Of a stretch of 44,613 nucleotides of DNA, positions 8,492 through 16,578 are shown one piece after another. How positions within the stretch are numbered: position 1 is the stretch's first letter; every line of letters starts with the position of its first letter. The stretch spans positions 1 to 44,613 of IMG/VR virus record IMGVR_UViG_3300045988_087627, one strand, 5' to 3'. Below the pieces are notes generated by a model. The model saw nothing but the letters and a program-made list of their open reading frames with translations. It had not been told where the DNA came from and made no database searches. This stretch comes from a virus. Position numbers and translations under genes: made by a program.

Positions 8492-9206
8492 GCCTCGTGA
8501 GATTGCGTTCAGCGTTGCAATCGTGTTTGTTATGGTGGCACTGGGATTTCTGCTCGGTAGCAAAATCAGTGACCATATCGCTGAGACAAACGAGAAATTT
8601 ACCACGGCAGCGCAGATCACAGACGATGAGCAGTTTCAGTACGCGCTGGCTACCGATTTCGGGAATGTCATCGCTTACGGCGATCTGATCGCGGAACAAC
8701 CTGTTTCGGCAGATGATTTGGACGGCGAATACGCAATACTGACCAAAATCACGGAACGATACACCATGCACACGCGCGAAGTGACCTATACCGATAGCAA
8801 GGGACATACGCACACCCGCACCGAGATATATTGGACGTGGGACAGGGTGAAACGAGAAGAAGACAGCACGGAAACTTTTTCGTTTATGGGTGTATCATTT
8901 CCGGCGGACAAGTTTTCTGTTACAGCACACCAACAGGGCGATACAATCTATGACAGCAGACTTGTGCGGCATTATTACGAAGCTGTGGACGCAAATATGG
9001 TTGGCAGTATACATACGCAAATCAAAGATCATATGATTGCAGACAACAACAGGTTTTATACGGACGCAGAACCACAGGCGATTGTAAACCTTGCTATAAG
9101 ACAAGGTAATATTGCTATCATCTTGTTCGGTGTATTATGGATTGCACTGACCGGTGGCGCGGTATATGGTTTCTGTGCGCTGGAAAACAGGTGGCTGGAC
9201 GGATAA
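8481..9206 (+). CDS. two-TM membrane protein, LemA partner (GIDE-like, tentative)
   Basis: ATG 8481 overlaps the lemA end by 11 nt. It has an N-terminal TM (IAFSVAIVFVMVALGFLLG) and a C-terminal TM (IAIILFGVLWIALTGGAVYGF). Confidence 0.7.
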   Translation: MEIKPREIAFSVAIVFVMVALGFLLGSKISDHIAETNEKFTTAAQITDDEQFQYALATDFGNVIAYGDLIAEQPVSADDLDGEYAILTKITERYTMHTREVTYTDSKGHTHTRTEIYWTWDRVKREEDSTETFSFMGVSFPADKFSVTAHQQGDTIYDSRLVRHYYEAVDANMVGSIHTQIKDHMIADNNRFYTDAEPQAIVNLAIRQGNIAIILFGVLWIALTGGAVYGFCALENRWLDG

Positions 9207-9298
9207 TGTACAGTCCTGAAATGATAGAGTATCTGAAAGAAATCAAGCGCTACCTCGTGTGGCGCTACGGCATTACGGACAGGGAGGGGAAGCATTGA
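9206..9298 (+). CDS. tiny hypothetical ORF (30 aa)
   Basis: ATG overlaps the upstream TAA (gatAATGta). I recognise no family. Confidence 0.3.
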   Translation: MYSPEMIEYLKEIKRYLVWRYGITDREGKH

Positions 9299-9355
9299 AC
9301 AAGTGGGAGGCGGTGGTAAGGGCAATCAGAAAAGAACTCGGAGAGGAGAAAATGA

Positions 9356-9601
9356 ATGATCGATACTGCGAGGAAGTCGGGCGTTACTTACTATGGCGAT
9401 ACGCCGTGCAGGACGTGCGCGTACTGGCGGACGCTCGGCAACTATAAAAATCTGAAGCTGTGGGCGTGCCACTACGCATTGGTTAACCGGCATTCAAGGG
9501 GATGCGAGCCGGGCGAAAGGTGCACAAAAAGAACAGAAAGCTACCGCAGACGGATAGCTTTCAAGCACGACGGAAGCACCGAGGAGATTACAAGCCGATG
9601 A
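9356..9601 (+). CDS. small Cys-rich hypothetical protein
   Basis: RBS ggagaggag. CRTCAYW...WACHYALVNRHSRGCEPGERC. ATGA-coupled to the next gene. Confidence 0.6.
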   Translation: MIDTARKSGVTYYGDTPCRTCAYWRTLGNYKNLKLWACHYALVNRHSRGCEPGERCTKRTESYRRRIAFKHDGSTEEITSR

Positions 9602-10011
9602 CAGCGAAAGAATGGCTGATGCGCGGGCGCGCACTGGAAAAAACGATTACAGCCTTGCAGGAGGCGCGGAAACGCGCCTATGCACGGGCTACGGGCGCAA
9701 CCGCGCCGGTAAGGGACACGCCGGGCGGAAAAGGGAGCACGGGGAACAAGGCGGACCCCTATATCGAATTGGGCGAGAAGATCGCAGCGAAGGAAAACGA
9801 GCTTGCGGAGATATACGGCGAGATCGTGCGCGTGCTGGGCGAAATGCGGGATAATGAGCTGCAAACGCTCCTGCTTGAACGTTACGTGAACGGCGCAACA
9901 TGGGCGCAGACGGCGCGGCGGCTGCATTACAGCGAGGCGCACGTGAAGGGCTACATGCACAGAATGGCGCTGAATGCTGTGGATAAGTTAATACCCCACA
10001 ATACGCAATAA
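9598..10011 (+). CDS. RinA/ArpU/DUF1492-like late transcriptional activator (sigma region-4-type HTH)
   Basis: MTAKEWLMRGRALEKTITALQEARKRAY...LLLERYVNGATWAQTARRLHYSEAHVKGYMHRMAL. It lies upstream of the packaging module. Confidence 0.7.
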   Translation: MTAKEWLMRGRALEKTITALQEARKRAYARATGATAPVRDTPGGKGSTGNKADPYIELGEKIAAKENELAEIYGEIVRVLGEMRDNELQTLLLERYVNGATWAQTARRLHYSEAHVKGYMHRMALNAVDKLIPHNTQ

Positions 10012-10028
10012 TGTGATATACTGATATC

Positions 10029-10815
10029 GTGGAAGAGCTCCAAGGGAGCAAAACCACGGCATTCACGGGTTGATAAATTCCGGTTATGTCCTCCTAATTC
10101 TCTCCCCTGCTTCGGCGGGGGACACGCTCCAAAGGCTGCACGAGGCCGGCGGGGCTCACACTTCCTTTCGCCCAAGCATTCCCAAATGAGGCGGGAAACC
10201 GCCTCGATCTGTCCGCCGCGTCTGCACGAGGACGCGCCGGGCCATTCGACTTCCGGGAATACAGTTCAAGGGAACGCGGCAGAGATGCCGCACATGCTCC
10301 AAAGCCTGCATGAGGGCGGCGGGGCAAAAAAAGACAGCCGAACGGCTGCCCATAATCTGATAGCCCGGAAAGACGGGCACGGGCGCAGCTTACGGAACGG
10401 CGCGCCGACACCTATTCTGGCGGCCCAGAAAGACGGGCACTGTTTGCGAACTTTGCCGGACTGCCCGGCAGGCCTTGCGCAGGGCCAAAGCGTCAGTACA
10501 CAGCGCAGCAGCACGTGTATCAGGGAGTAATTCCCTGCAACGGGGTAGCGCCCTGCGGTGAAAGTCCGCCGGTTTGCAGGCCGATAACTGCGCGCGAGGG
10601 GTTCAAAATTCGAACGTCCTATTTTGTAGCAGCCCCTGAGCGCAAGCCGGGAAACCGTCCGTAAAGCCGGACGCAAGGCGCAGCGATACGCGCACATACC
10701 CCGAAAGGGGTATACATGCAGCCGAAAGTTGATACGCGGTGCAATTCCGTGTGGCTGCACCTCCAATTGTCATAGTAAAAGCACCTCCCCGGGATGGCTT
10801 CGGGAAGGTGCTTTT
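10029..10815 (+). ncRNA. candidate large structured RNA (~0.8 kb; GOLLD/ROOL size class, family unverified)
   Basis: No credible ORF. There are many hairpins with GAAA/UUCG loops on the + strand only, internal covarying repeat hairpins, and a 3' intrinsic terminator. Possible promoters are the extended -10 tgatatact (10014-10022) or TTGATA-17-CCTAAT (10070-10098). The 5' end is uncertain. Confidence 0.55.
10777..10815. terminator. bidirectional intrinsic terminator
   Basis: aaaagcacctccccg-ggatggctt-cgggaaggtgctttt. The hairpin has an A-run before and a T-run after, between convergent + and - transcription. Confidence 0.75.
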
Positions 10816-10843
10816 GCTTAGATGTTGCTTAGATGTTGCTTAG
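10816..10843. repeat. 11-nt tandem repeat gcttagatgtt x2.5
   Basis: Read directly from the sequence. It overlaps the stop codon of the - strand ORF 10840..11001. Confidence 0.8.
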
Positions 10844-11001
10844 CGGTTATCATAAGCGCATAGAGCCTCGCACAGCTCGCGCGTCGGGCACTGAGAGCAG
10901 TCGCACTCCGAAATGATAACATTTTCGCACAGTGCGCGAGGATCGGCCATAAAAACGGCCTCGGCTGCTCGGTAGTCCTCAGGGGTAATGATGTTATACA
11001 T
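10840..11001 (-). CDS. small Cys-rich hypothetical protein (53 aa)
   Basis: MYNIITPEDYRAAEAVFMADPRALCENVIISECDCSQCPTRELCEALCAYDNR. RBS ggaggcgtaaccc precedes the ATG. It is below the ORF-track length cutoff. Confidence 0.55.
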   Translation of the reverse strand: MYNIITPEDYRAAEAVFMADPRALCENVIISECDCSQCPTRELCEALCAYDNR

Positions 11002-11086
11002 GGGTTACGCCTCCAGCCGGTAGGTGATCGCGCTGTTAAGCAGTGCGAAAGTGATGCACTCGTTACCTCCGGGGCGGGTGGTTGAT

Positions 11087-11524
11087 TTAGTGCTCAAATT
11101 TGCCTTTGGCAATGTCAACGGTTACGGCTATGCCGGTATGGGTGCGCTGATACTCTTTTGCGTCTGCTATGGCTTTGTGGCGGTCGGTGCCGTCGTAGGT
11201 CTTAACGCTGACCCGCTGCCGTGTGCCGTCCGGAAAGGTGTCCCACTCGGTAAAGTAGTAGTACACTTTCTTTTCCCATGCATCGCGGCGGCGCTTGAGC
11301 TCGGCGGATCGGGTCGGCTGCGTGCTGACCAGATAGGCGGCACGCTCGGCCATATCGCGCCGGTACTGCTGTAAGTCCTCGATCATGCGTTGCAGTCGGG
11401 AGATGTCCTCGGCGGCGTGCTTGTCGCTCTGGAGCAGGTCCGCAAGGCTGGTGCGTTTTGCAGGGGATCGCATGCAGATGTAAAAGTTAACTTGACGCTC
11501 TCCGCGTGCTCCGTAGTCAATCAT
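11087..11524 (-). CDS. hypothetical protein (145 aa), second gene of the - strand cassette
   Basis: ATG 11524 follows aagggagggcgtcgcc, which lies inside the end of the J-domain gene. I recognise no family. Confidence 0.65.
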   Translation of the reverse strand: MIDYGARGERQVNFYICMRSPAKRTSLADLLQSDKHAAEDISRLQRMIEDLQQYRRDMAERAAYLVSTQPTRSAELKRRRDAWEKKVYYYFTEWDTFPDGTRQRVSVKTYDGTDRHKAIADAKEYQRTHTGIAVTVDIAKGKFEH

Positions 11525-11538
11525 GGCGACGCCCTCCC

Positions 11539-12030
11539 TTATGCCGGGAGAGCGTCGGCGCGGTGACCGTCCGAGGTGATGCGCTCGCTGCCGTACTTGC
11601 GGCGGATGTCGGCCATGCTTGCGTGGCTCTTGCCGTGGTGTGCGTCCTTAGCGCAACGCCAGTACCACATGCCCTTTTTCTTCGCCCAGAAGCAGCCAGC
11701 CGCTTTGAGCTCGTCCTTGTGCTCGCGGGTCTCACCGGATACCCATACCCAGGAGCCGCACAGCTCGATGATAATGTCCTTGATGCTGAGGAGCTTTTCG
11801 ATCACTGCGCGGAACTCTTCCGGCATCTCTTCAACGCGGCGGGTCTTGCCGGTCGGGTCTGCGTCGGCTTTGCGGTTCTGCTCAGCCTTGAGGATTTCAA
11901 AACGCTTTTCATAGGCTGCGTTGACTTCCTGCATTGCTTCGGTGCTGCCGCCGTGGTCCGGATGTGCGGCAAATGCTGCGGCGCGGTATGCCTTGCGGAG
12001 TTCGTCGAGAGTATTAATATTGTTAAACAT
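11539..12030 (-). CDS. J-domain (DnaJ-like co-chaperone) protein
   Basis: LDELRKAYRAAAFAAHPDHGGSTEAMQEVNAAYE contains the HPD tripeptide between two helices. RBS caggaggtacacacc. The C-terminal CGSWVWVSGETREHKDELKAAGCFWAKKKGMWYW is a phage-type domain. Confidence 0.85.
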   Translation of the reverse strand: MFNNINTLDELRKAYRAAAFAAHPDHGGSTEAMQEVNAAYEKRFEILKAEQNRKADADPTGKTRRVEEMPEEFRAVIEKLLSIKDIIIELCGSWVWVSGETREHKDELKAAGCFWAKKKGMWYWRCAKDAHHGKSHASMADIRRKYGSERITSDGHRADALPA

Positions 12031-12080
12031 GGTGTGTACCTCCTGTTTTGTGTTTCGGTGTTTTCCTTTGCTGTGATTAC

Positions 12081-12187
12081 ATGATACTACACGTTAACGT
12101 ATAATGCAATAGGCAAGATGCACAAAGATACACGTTAACTGTTATGCAGATTTATACGTTGACGTATAAAGCAAGCCGTGTTACACT
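12081..12187. promoter_or_regulatory. divergent promoter region with three palindromic operators (consensus TATACGT-NN-ACGTATA)
   Basis: Operators: site A tacacgttaacgtata 12088-12103; site B atacacgttaactgttat 12128-12145 (weaker); site C ttatacgttgacgtataa 12152-12169. - strand promoter: TTGCAT(12109-12104)-17-TATCAT(12086-12081). + strand promoter: TTGACG(12159-64)-17-TACACT(12182-87). Confidence 0.6.
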
Positions 12188-12214
12188 TATTCTATATATG
12201 TAGGAGGTGCAAAC

Positions 12215-12388
12215 ATGGCAACAGAGGCACAGATCAAGGCAAATGTTAAGTACAACAGGAGCAAAGACAATATCATGATACGCCCGGACAAAGACGAGGG
12301 AAAACAGATCAGGCAGGCCGCAGCCGATGCGGGTAAAAGCGTACAGGCGTATATCTTGCAGGCAGTGCGTGAGTATATGGACAAGTGA
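12215..12388 (+). CDS. ribbon-helix-helix (Arc/CopG-like) DNA-binding protein (57 aa)
   Basis: RBS taggaggtgcaaac. MATEAQIKANVKYNRSKDNIMIRPDKDEGKQIRQAAADAGKSVQAYILQAVREYMDK shows a beta-strand then two helices. It is below the ORF-track cutoff. Confidence 0.7.
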   Translation: MATEAQIKANVKYNRSKDNIMIRPDKDEGKQIRQAAADAGKSVQAYILQAVREYMDK

Positions 12389-12406
12389 CAACATATTGTA
12401 GGCAGA

Positions 12407-12441
12407 CAAAAGCCGCTCCAAGCAACCGGGGCGGCTTTTTT
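12407..12441 (+). terminator. intrinsic terminator after the RHH gene
   Basis: aaaagccgctcc-aagcaacc-ggggcggcttttttg. Confidence 0.7.
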
Positions 12442-12471
12442 GTGTCTATATATAAGCGGGGAGGTGATGAC

Positions 12472-12834
12472 GTGACGGACAAACAACGGAAATGGATAGA
12501 CTACTACAAGCAGGGCGAAACGGCAACCAACGCCGCAAGGCTTGCCGGGTATAAGTGCAAGGACGATAACAGTTATAGTTCCGTAGGCGCGGAGAACTTG
12601 CAAAAGCTTGCGGACTACATAAAAGACCGTGACGCGATTGTAGACAGTGACCGCGTGGCCGATATGCAGGAAATTAACGCTTTCTGGACGGCTACCATGC
12701 GCGACAAGGACGCGGACACAAAGGACCGGCTTAAGGCGTCAGAACTCCGCGCGAGGGCGGCGGGCGCGTTTATTGAACGGCGCGAAGTAGTGCAAGATAA
12801 GCCGTTCGAGGTGTCTATCAAGGTAGTGGACTAA
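12472..12834 (+). CDS. terS: terminase small subunit
   Basis: GTG 12472 follows ggggaggtgatgac. TDKQRKWIDYYKQGETATNAARLAGYK...AENLQK is the typical TerS HTH N-terminus. Confidence 0.75.
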   Translation: MTDKQRKWIDYYKQGETATNAARLAGYKCKDDNSYSSVGAENLQKLADYIKDRDAIVDSDRVADMQEINAFWTATMRDKDADTKDRLKASELRARAAGAFIERREVVQDKPFEVSIKVVD

Positions 12835-12866
12835 TTACACAAAATTACTGTTTTGTACAATTTAAC

Positions 12867-12907
12867 AGCGGTTTTGCTTCAAATTCAGGGCAAAGCCGCT
12901 TTTTTTA
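12867..12907 (+). terminator. intrinsic terminator between terS and terL
   Basis: agcggttttgc-ttcaaattcagg-gcaaagccgcttttttt. Confidence 0.65.
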
Positions 12908-12964
12908 TGCAGTTTTTGCCGTATTTTATGCGGCGTGGCGAGTAAGTATGCAGGAGGTGAGTGC

Positions 12965-14359
12965 ATGGATATGCAGATCACGCGCAAGCAAAAGGCTTTT
13001 ATCGAGGCTTCTGCCGATGAGGTGCTTTTCGGCGGCGCGGCTGGCGGCGGCAAGTCATACGGTCAGCTAGTCGATGCGCTGCTTTTTGCACTGCGGTATC
13101 CGGGGAGTAAGCAGCTTATCCTGCGCCGGACATATCCCGAGCTGGAAAAGTCGATCATCCGCGTATCGTTGGAGCTTTTCCCACAGGAGATAGCCGTATA
13201 CAACGGCGGTAGTCACACGTGGCGCTTCAAGGGCGGTTCTATCGTGGACTTCGGCGCGTGCGATGCGGAAAAGGACGTATACAAGTATCAGTCCGCAGAG
13301 TATGACGTGATACGCTTTGACGAGCTGACACACTTCACCGATACCATGTATACCTATCTGATAAGCCGTGTGCGCGGCGCGAATGGCTTCCCCAAGCAGG
13401 TAAAAAGCTCGACTAACCCCGGCGGCGTTGGGCATACCTGGGTGAAAGAACGGTTTATTGACCCCGCACCGGCAGGGACGGAGTTCACCGTGGAGGATAC
13501 CGGGCAGACCCGCGTCTTTATCCCCTCTAAGGTGGATGACAATGTCTTTTTGATGGCGAGCGACCCCGCGTATAAAAAGCGACTGCTCAATCTCGGCAAG
13601 CAGGACCAGAAAGCGCTTCTGTTGGGCGAGTGGGACCTCGACACGGGGCGATACTTCGCGGAGTGGAGCGCGGACAAGCACGTCATGCGTCCCTTTGAGA
13701 TACCCCGGCACTGGCGGCGCTATGTGGCGATAGACTATGGCTTTGATATGCTGGCGACGCTGTGGATTGCAGTAGATGAGCAGGGGCGCGGCTATGTATA
13801 CCGCGAGTACTGCGAGGGCAAGGACTGCGGCGAGGGACACACGGGACTGATCGCAAGCGAGGCAGCAAGGGCTGTGCGTGACAGGAGCGAGGGCGAGGAC
13901 ATAAGCAAGACTTTTGCACCGCCCGACCTCTGGAACAGGCGACAGGAGACCGGGCGGAGTATCGCGGATTACTTCCGTGCGGAGGGCGTGACATTGACCA
14001 AGACCAGCAACGACCGCATCAACGGGTGGGCGGCTGTGCATGAGTGGTTGAAGATCGAGCCGGACGAGTTCGGCGGGGAGTGTGCGAAGCTGCGTATCTT
14101 CGACACCTGCCGCAATCTTATTCGGTGCTTGCCGGCTTTGCAGTGCGATGACAAGCACCCAAACGACGTAGCGACAGAGCCGCACGCTATCACCCATCCG
14201 CCGGATGCGCTGCGGGCTTTCTGCGTGTACTGGACATACAAGGCAGACAAGCCACGAGGAGAGCGGGCGAAGTGGACGGATGATATGTATGAGGACTACT
14301 ACAACGCCGACAAGGCAGGCCGTGAGTATCTAATCTCTAAATGGGGCAATCCGTTTTGA
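12965..14359 (+). CDS. terL: terminase large subunit
   Basis: ATG 12965 follows gcaggaggtgagtgc. Walker A GGAAGGGKS, Walker B VIRFDELTH, and NPGGVGHTWVKERFI. Confidence 0.9.
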   Translation: MDMQITRKQKAFIEASADEVLFGGAAGGGKSYGQLVDALLFALRYPGSKQLILRRTYPELEKSIIRVSLELFPQEIAVYNGGSHTWRFKGGSIVDFGACDAEKDVYKYQSAEYDVIRFDELTHFTDTMYTYLISRVRGANGFPKQVKSSTNPGGVGHTWVKERFIDPAPAGTEFTVEDTGQTRVFIPSKVDDNVFLMASDPAYKKRLLNLGKQDQKALLLGEWDLDTGRYFAEWSADKHVMRPFEIPRHWRRYVAIDYGFDMLATLWIAVDEQGRGYVYREYCEGKDCGEGHTGLIASEAARAVRDRSEGEDISKTFAPPDLWNRRQETGRSIADYFRAEGVTLTKTSNDRINGWAAVHEWLKIEPDEFGGECAKLRIFDTCRNLIRCLPALQCDDKHPNDVATEPHAITHPPDALRAFCVYWTYKADKPRGERAKWTDDMYEDYYNADKAGREYLISKWGNPF

Positions 14360-14374
14360 AAATGAGGTGATAAA

Positions 14375-16315
14375 ATGCAAAATCCGTTTGATAAAACGGG
14401 CAAGAGTGACGAGGCGATTTTGAAGAAGTGGCAGGACAGGCTGAGCAAGGCACGGAGCAAGTACCAGGACGAACTGAATTTGATGGTCGAGCGGGAAGAA
14501 ATATACCGAGGCACACACAAGATCGACAAGGTGCACGGCAAGAACCAGAAAACGCAAGACGCAGTAGTGGCGCGGAACGTGGTAGCGGAAATCATCGAGG
14601 CGGAAGTATCAAGCGACATTCCCACGCCTAAGGTTACACCGCGGCACGAGGAGGACGAGCAGCTCGCAAAGACGATTGAGGATTATATTCGAAACGAACT
14701 TGACCGGCTGCCGTTCGAGCGCCTGAATGACCAGGACGAGCGCACCACGCCGACGCACGGCGGCGATTTGTTCCTTGTCGAGTGGGACAACACCAAGCGG
14801 ACGCACACCACACGCGGAGCGCTGAGTGTTACGCTGCTGCATCCGAAACAATTTATCCCGCAGCCGGGCGTTTACAGTATCCCGGAGATGGATTACTTCT
14901 TCATTCAGCTGGCGCAGAGCAAGGAGTACATCAAAAAGAAGTATGGAAAGGACGTATCCGACGAGGACGAGGAACAGCCGGACGCACGCGGCTTTGAGCA
15001 GGGCACGGCGGACGATCTCGTAACCGAGAACATCGGATATTTCCGCAACGCTGACGGCGGCATTGGGCGCGTGGCGTGGTGCAATGACGTACTGCTTGAA
15101 TACATGGAAGATTATCAGGCGCGGCGTATCAAGACTTGCAGCAAGTGCGGCGCGGATATGCAGGGCGATATCTGTCCGTACTGCGGGAGTAAGAGCGGCG
15201 AACAGAAAACCGTCAAGGACTTTGCGCGGACGGACGAGAACGGTATTCCGATGACGAAGATCGTAGATAAAGTGCAGCTTGACGAGATGGGCAACCCAAC
15301 CGTTACGCAGCACGAGGAAAACGACATGATTCCGTATTACAAGCCGGACGTGTATCCGGTAGTGCTGCGGCGCAATGTGTCGGTAGTCGGAAAGCTGCTC
15401 GGCTCGTCTGATGTGGATATGATACGAGATCAGCAGATGCTGATTAACAAGCTCGACAGCTCCATTTCTCAAAAGCTGCTGGGCGGCGGCTCGGTCATCA
15501 CACTGCCGCGAGGCAAGCAGATACGGCGCACGGACGAGAATTTCAAGGTGCTTGAAGTCGAGGGTCCGGAAGAAAAGGCAATGCTCGATGTGCTCACCTT
15601 GCAGCCGGATATTTCCCGTGATATGGCGTTTGAGGACAGCACCTACACGGCAATGCGCAACCTGATCGGCATTACGGATTCGTTCCAGGGACGCAAGGAC
15701 AGCACCGCAACCTCTGGTACAGCAAAGCAGTTTGCAGCGGCGCAGACCGCCGGACGACTGGAAAGCCGCAAGGTCATGAAGAACGCCGCCTATGCGGATT
15801 TGTTCGAGGTTATGTTCAAGTTCCTGCTGGCGTACTCGGACGAACCGCGGCCGATGGTTTACAAGGACACCAACGGCACGCAGATGTACGGCACGTTTAA
15901 CAAGATGGACTTTCTCAAAGTGGACGAGGCGGGAGAGCCGTACTGGAATGATGAGTTTCTGTTCAGCGTTGACCAGACCGCGCCGCTTGCGGGCAACCGT
16001 GAAAACCTCTGGCAGGAGGCGAGAATGAATCTCGAAAACGGCTGTTTTGGTGACCCGGCCGACATGCAGAGTTTGCTGACGTTCTGGACGATCATGGAGG
16101 GACTGCACTACCCGCTGGCAAGCGAGGCAAAACAGCAGCTTTCCGAACGACTGGAACAGCAGCAGCAGATGATGGCACAGCAGCAGGCAATGATGCAGCC
16201 GATGGCAGCAAATGCAGACGGCATTCCCGATATTACGCAGTCCGGCTACGTCAGCCCGGAGACAATGCCGAGTTATCAGGAGGGAGGCGGCAGTTATGGT
16301 ATGTCCGGTATGTAA
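14375..16315 (+). CDS. portal protein (with an internal CxxC..CxxC zinc-ribbon insertion)
   Basis: 646 aa, immediately after terL, with an acidic Q-rich C-terminus. The insertion is TCSKCGADMQGDICPYCGS. Confidence 0.8.
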   Translation: MQNPFDKTGKSDEAILKKWQDRLSKARSKYQDELNLMVEREEIYRGTHKIDKVHGKNQKTQDAVVARNVVAEIIEAEVSSDIPTPKVTPRHEEDEQLAKTIEDYIRNELDRLPFERLNDQDERTTPTHGGDLFLVEWDNTKRTHTTRGALSVTLLHPKQFIPQPGVYSIPEMDYFFIQLAQSKEYIKKKYGKDVSDEDEEQPDARGFEQGTADDLVTENIGYFRNADGGIGRVAWCNDVLLEYMEDYQARRIKTCSKCGADMQGDICPYCGSKSGEQKTVKDFARTDENGIPMTKIVDKVQLDEMGNPTVTQHEENDMIPYYKPDVYPVVLRRNVSVVGKLLGSSDVDMIRDQQMLINKLDSSISQKLLGGGSVITLPRGKQIRRTDENFKVLEVEGPEEKAMLDVLTLQPDISRDMAFEDSTYTAMRNLIGITDSFQGRKDSTATSGTAKQFAAAQTAGRLESRKVMKNAAYADLFEVMFKFLLAYSDEPRPMVYKDTNGTQMYGTFNKMDFLKVDEAGEPYWNDEFLFSVDQTAPLAGNRENLWQEARMNLENGCFGDPADMQSLLTFWTIMEGLHYPLASEAKQQLSERLEQQQQMMAQQQAMMQPMAANADGIPDITQSGYVSPETMPSYQEGGGSYGMSGM

Positions 16316-16415
16316 AATCGACACAAAGACGGACACTGTAGACGGTAAGCTCGTGCTTATCTGCAAAAATCCGCAGTGTTCAAACTATAAGCAGGTAGTA
16401 AAGGAGGTGAAATAG
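16296..16415 (+). CDS. small zinc-ribbon protein (39 aa)
   Basis: ATG follows aggagggaggcggcagtt. MVCPVCKIDTKTDTVDGKLVLICKNPQCSNYKQ. It overlaps the portal end by 20 nt. Confidence 0.5.
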   Translation: MVCPVCKIDTKTDTVDGKLVLICKNPQCSNYKQVVKEVK

Positions 16416-16416
16416 T

Positions 16417-16560
16417 ATGGCAAATAAGAGCGGTTACGCCGGTAAGATCAAGAACACCGGCAGCATGGAGGTTAAGGCGGTTTTCGCCCAGACTTCCGGC
16501 AAGAAGCCTGTCGTTAAGACCGGCGGCGATCTGCGTTCTTCCAAGAAGAGCGGCAAGTAA
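16417..16560 (+). CDS. small basic protein (47 aa)
   Basis: RBS aaaggaggtgaaatagt. MANKSGYAGKIKNTGSMEVKAVFAQTSGKKPVVKTGGDLRSSKKSGK. A strong terminator follows. Confidence 0.6.
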   Translation: MANKSGYAGKIKNTGSMEVKAVFAQTSGKKPVVKTGGDLRSSKKSGK

Positions 16561-16578
16561 ATGGCAAATGAATAGCGG

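Noticed and set aside
9259-9447. ORF 9259..9447 and the RYL.WRY echo between 9206..9298 and 9352..9447
   Set aside because: It overlaps, in another frame, the better-supported Cys-rich gene 9356..9601, which shares its RBS and is ATGA-coupled downstream. The short DNA similarity may be chance.
10094-10766. ORFs inside the structured-RNA region (10094..10411 -, 10156..10380 -, 10186..10530 +, 10266..10766 -)
   Set aside because: They are Arg/Pro/Ala-rich and mutually overlapping on both strands, with no RBS. The region is better explained by dense RNA helices.
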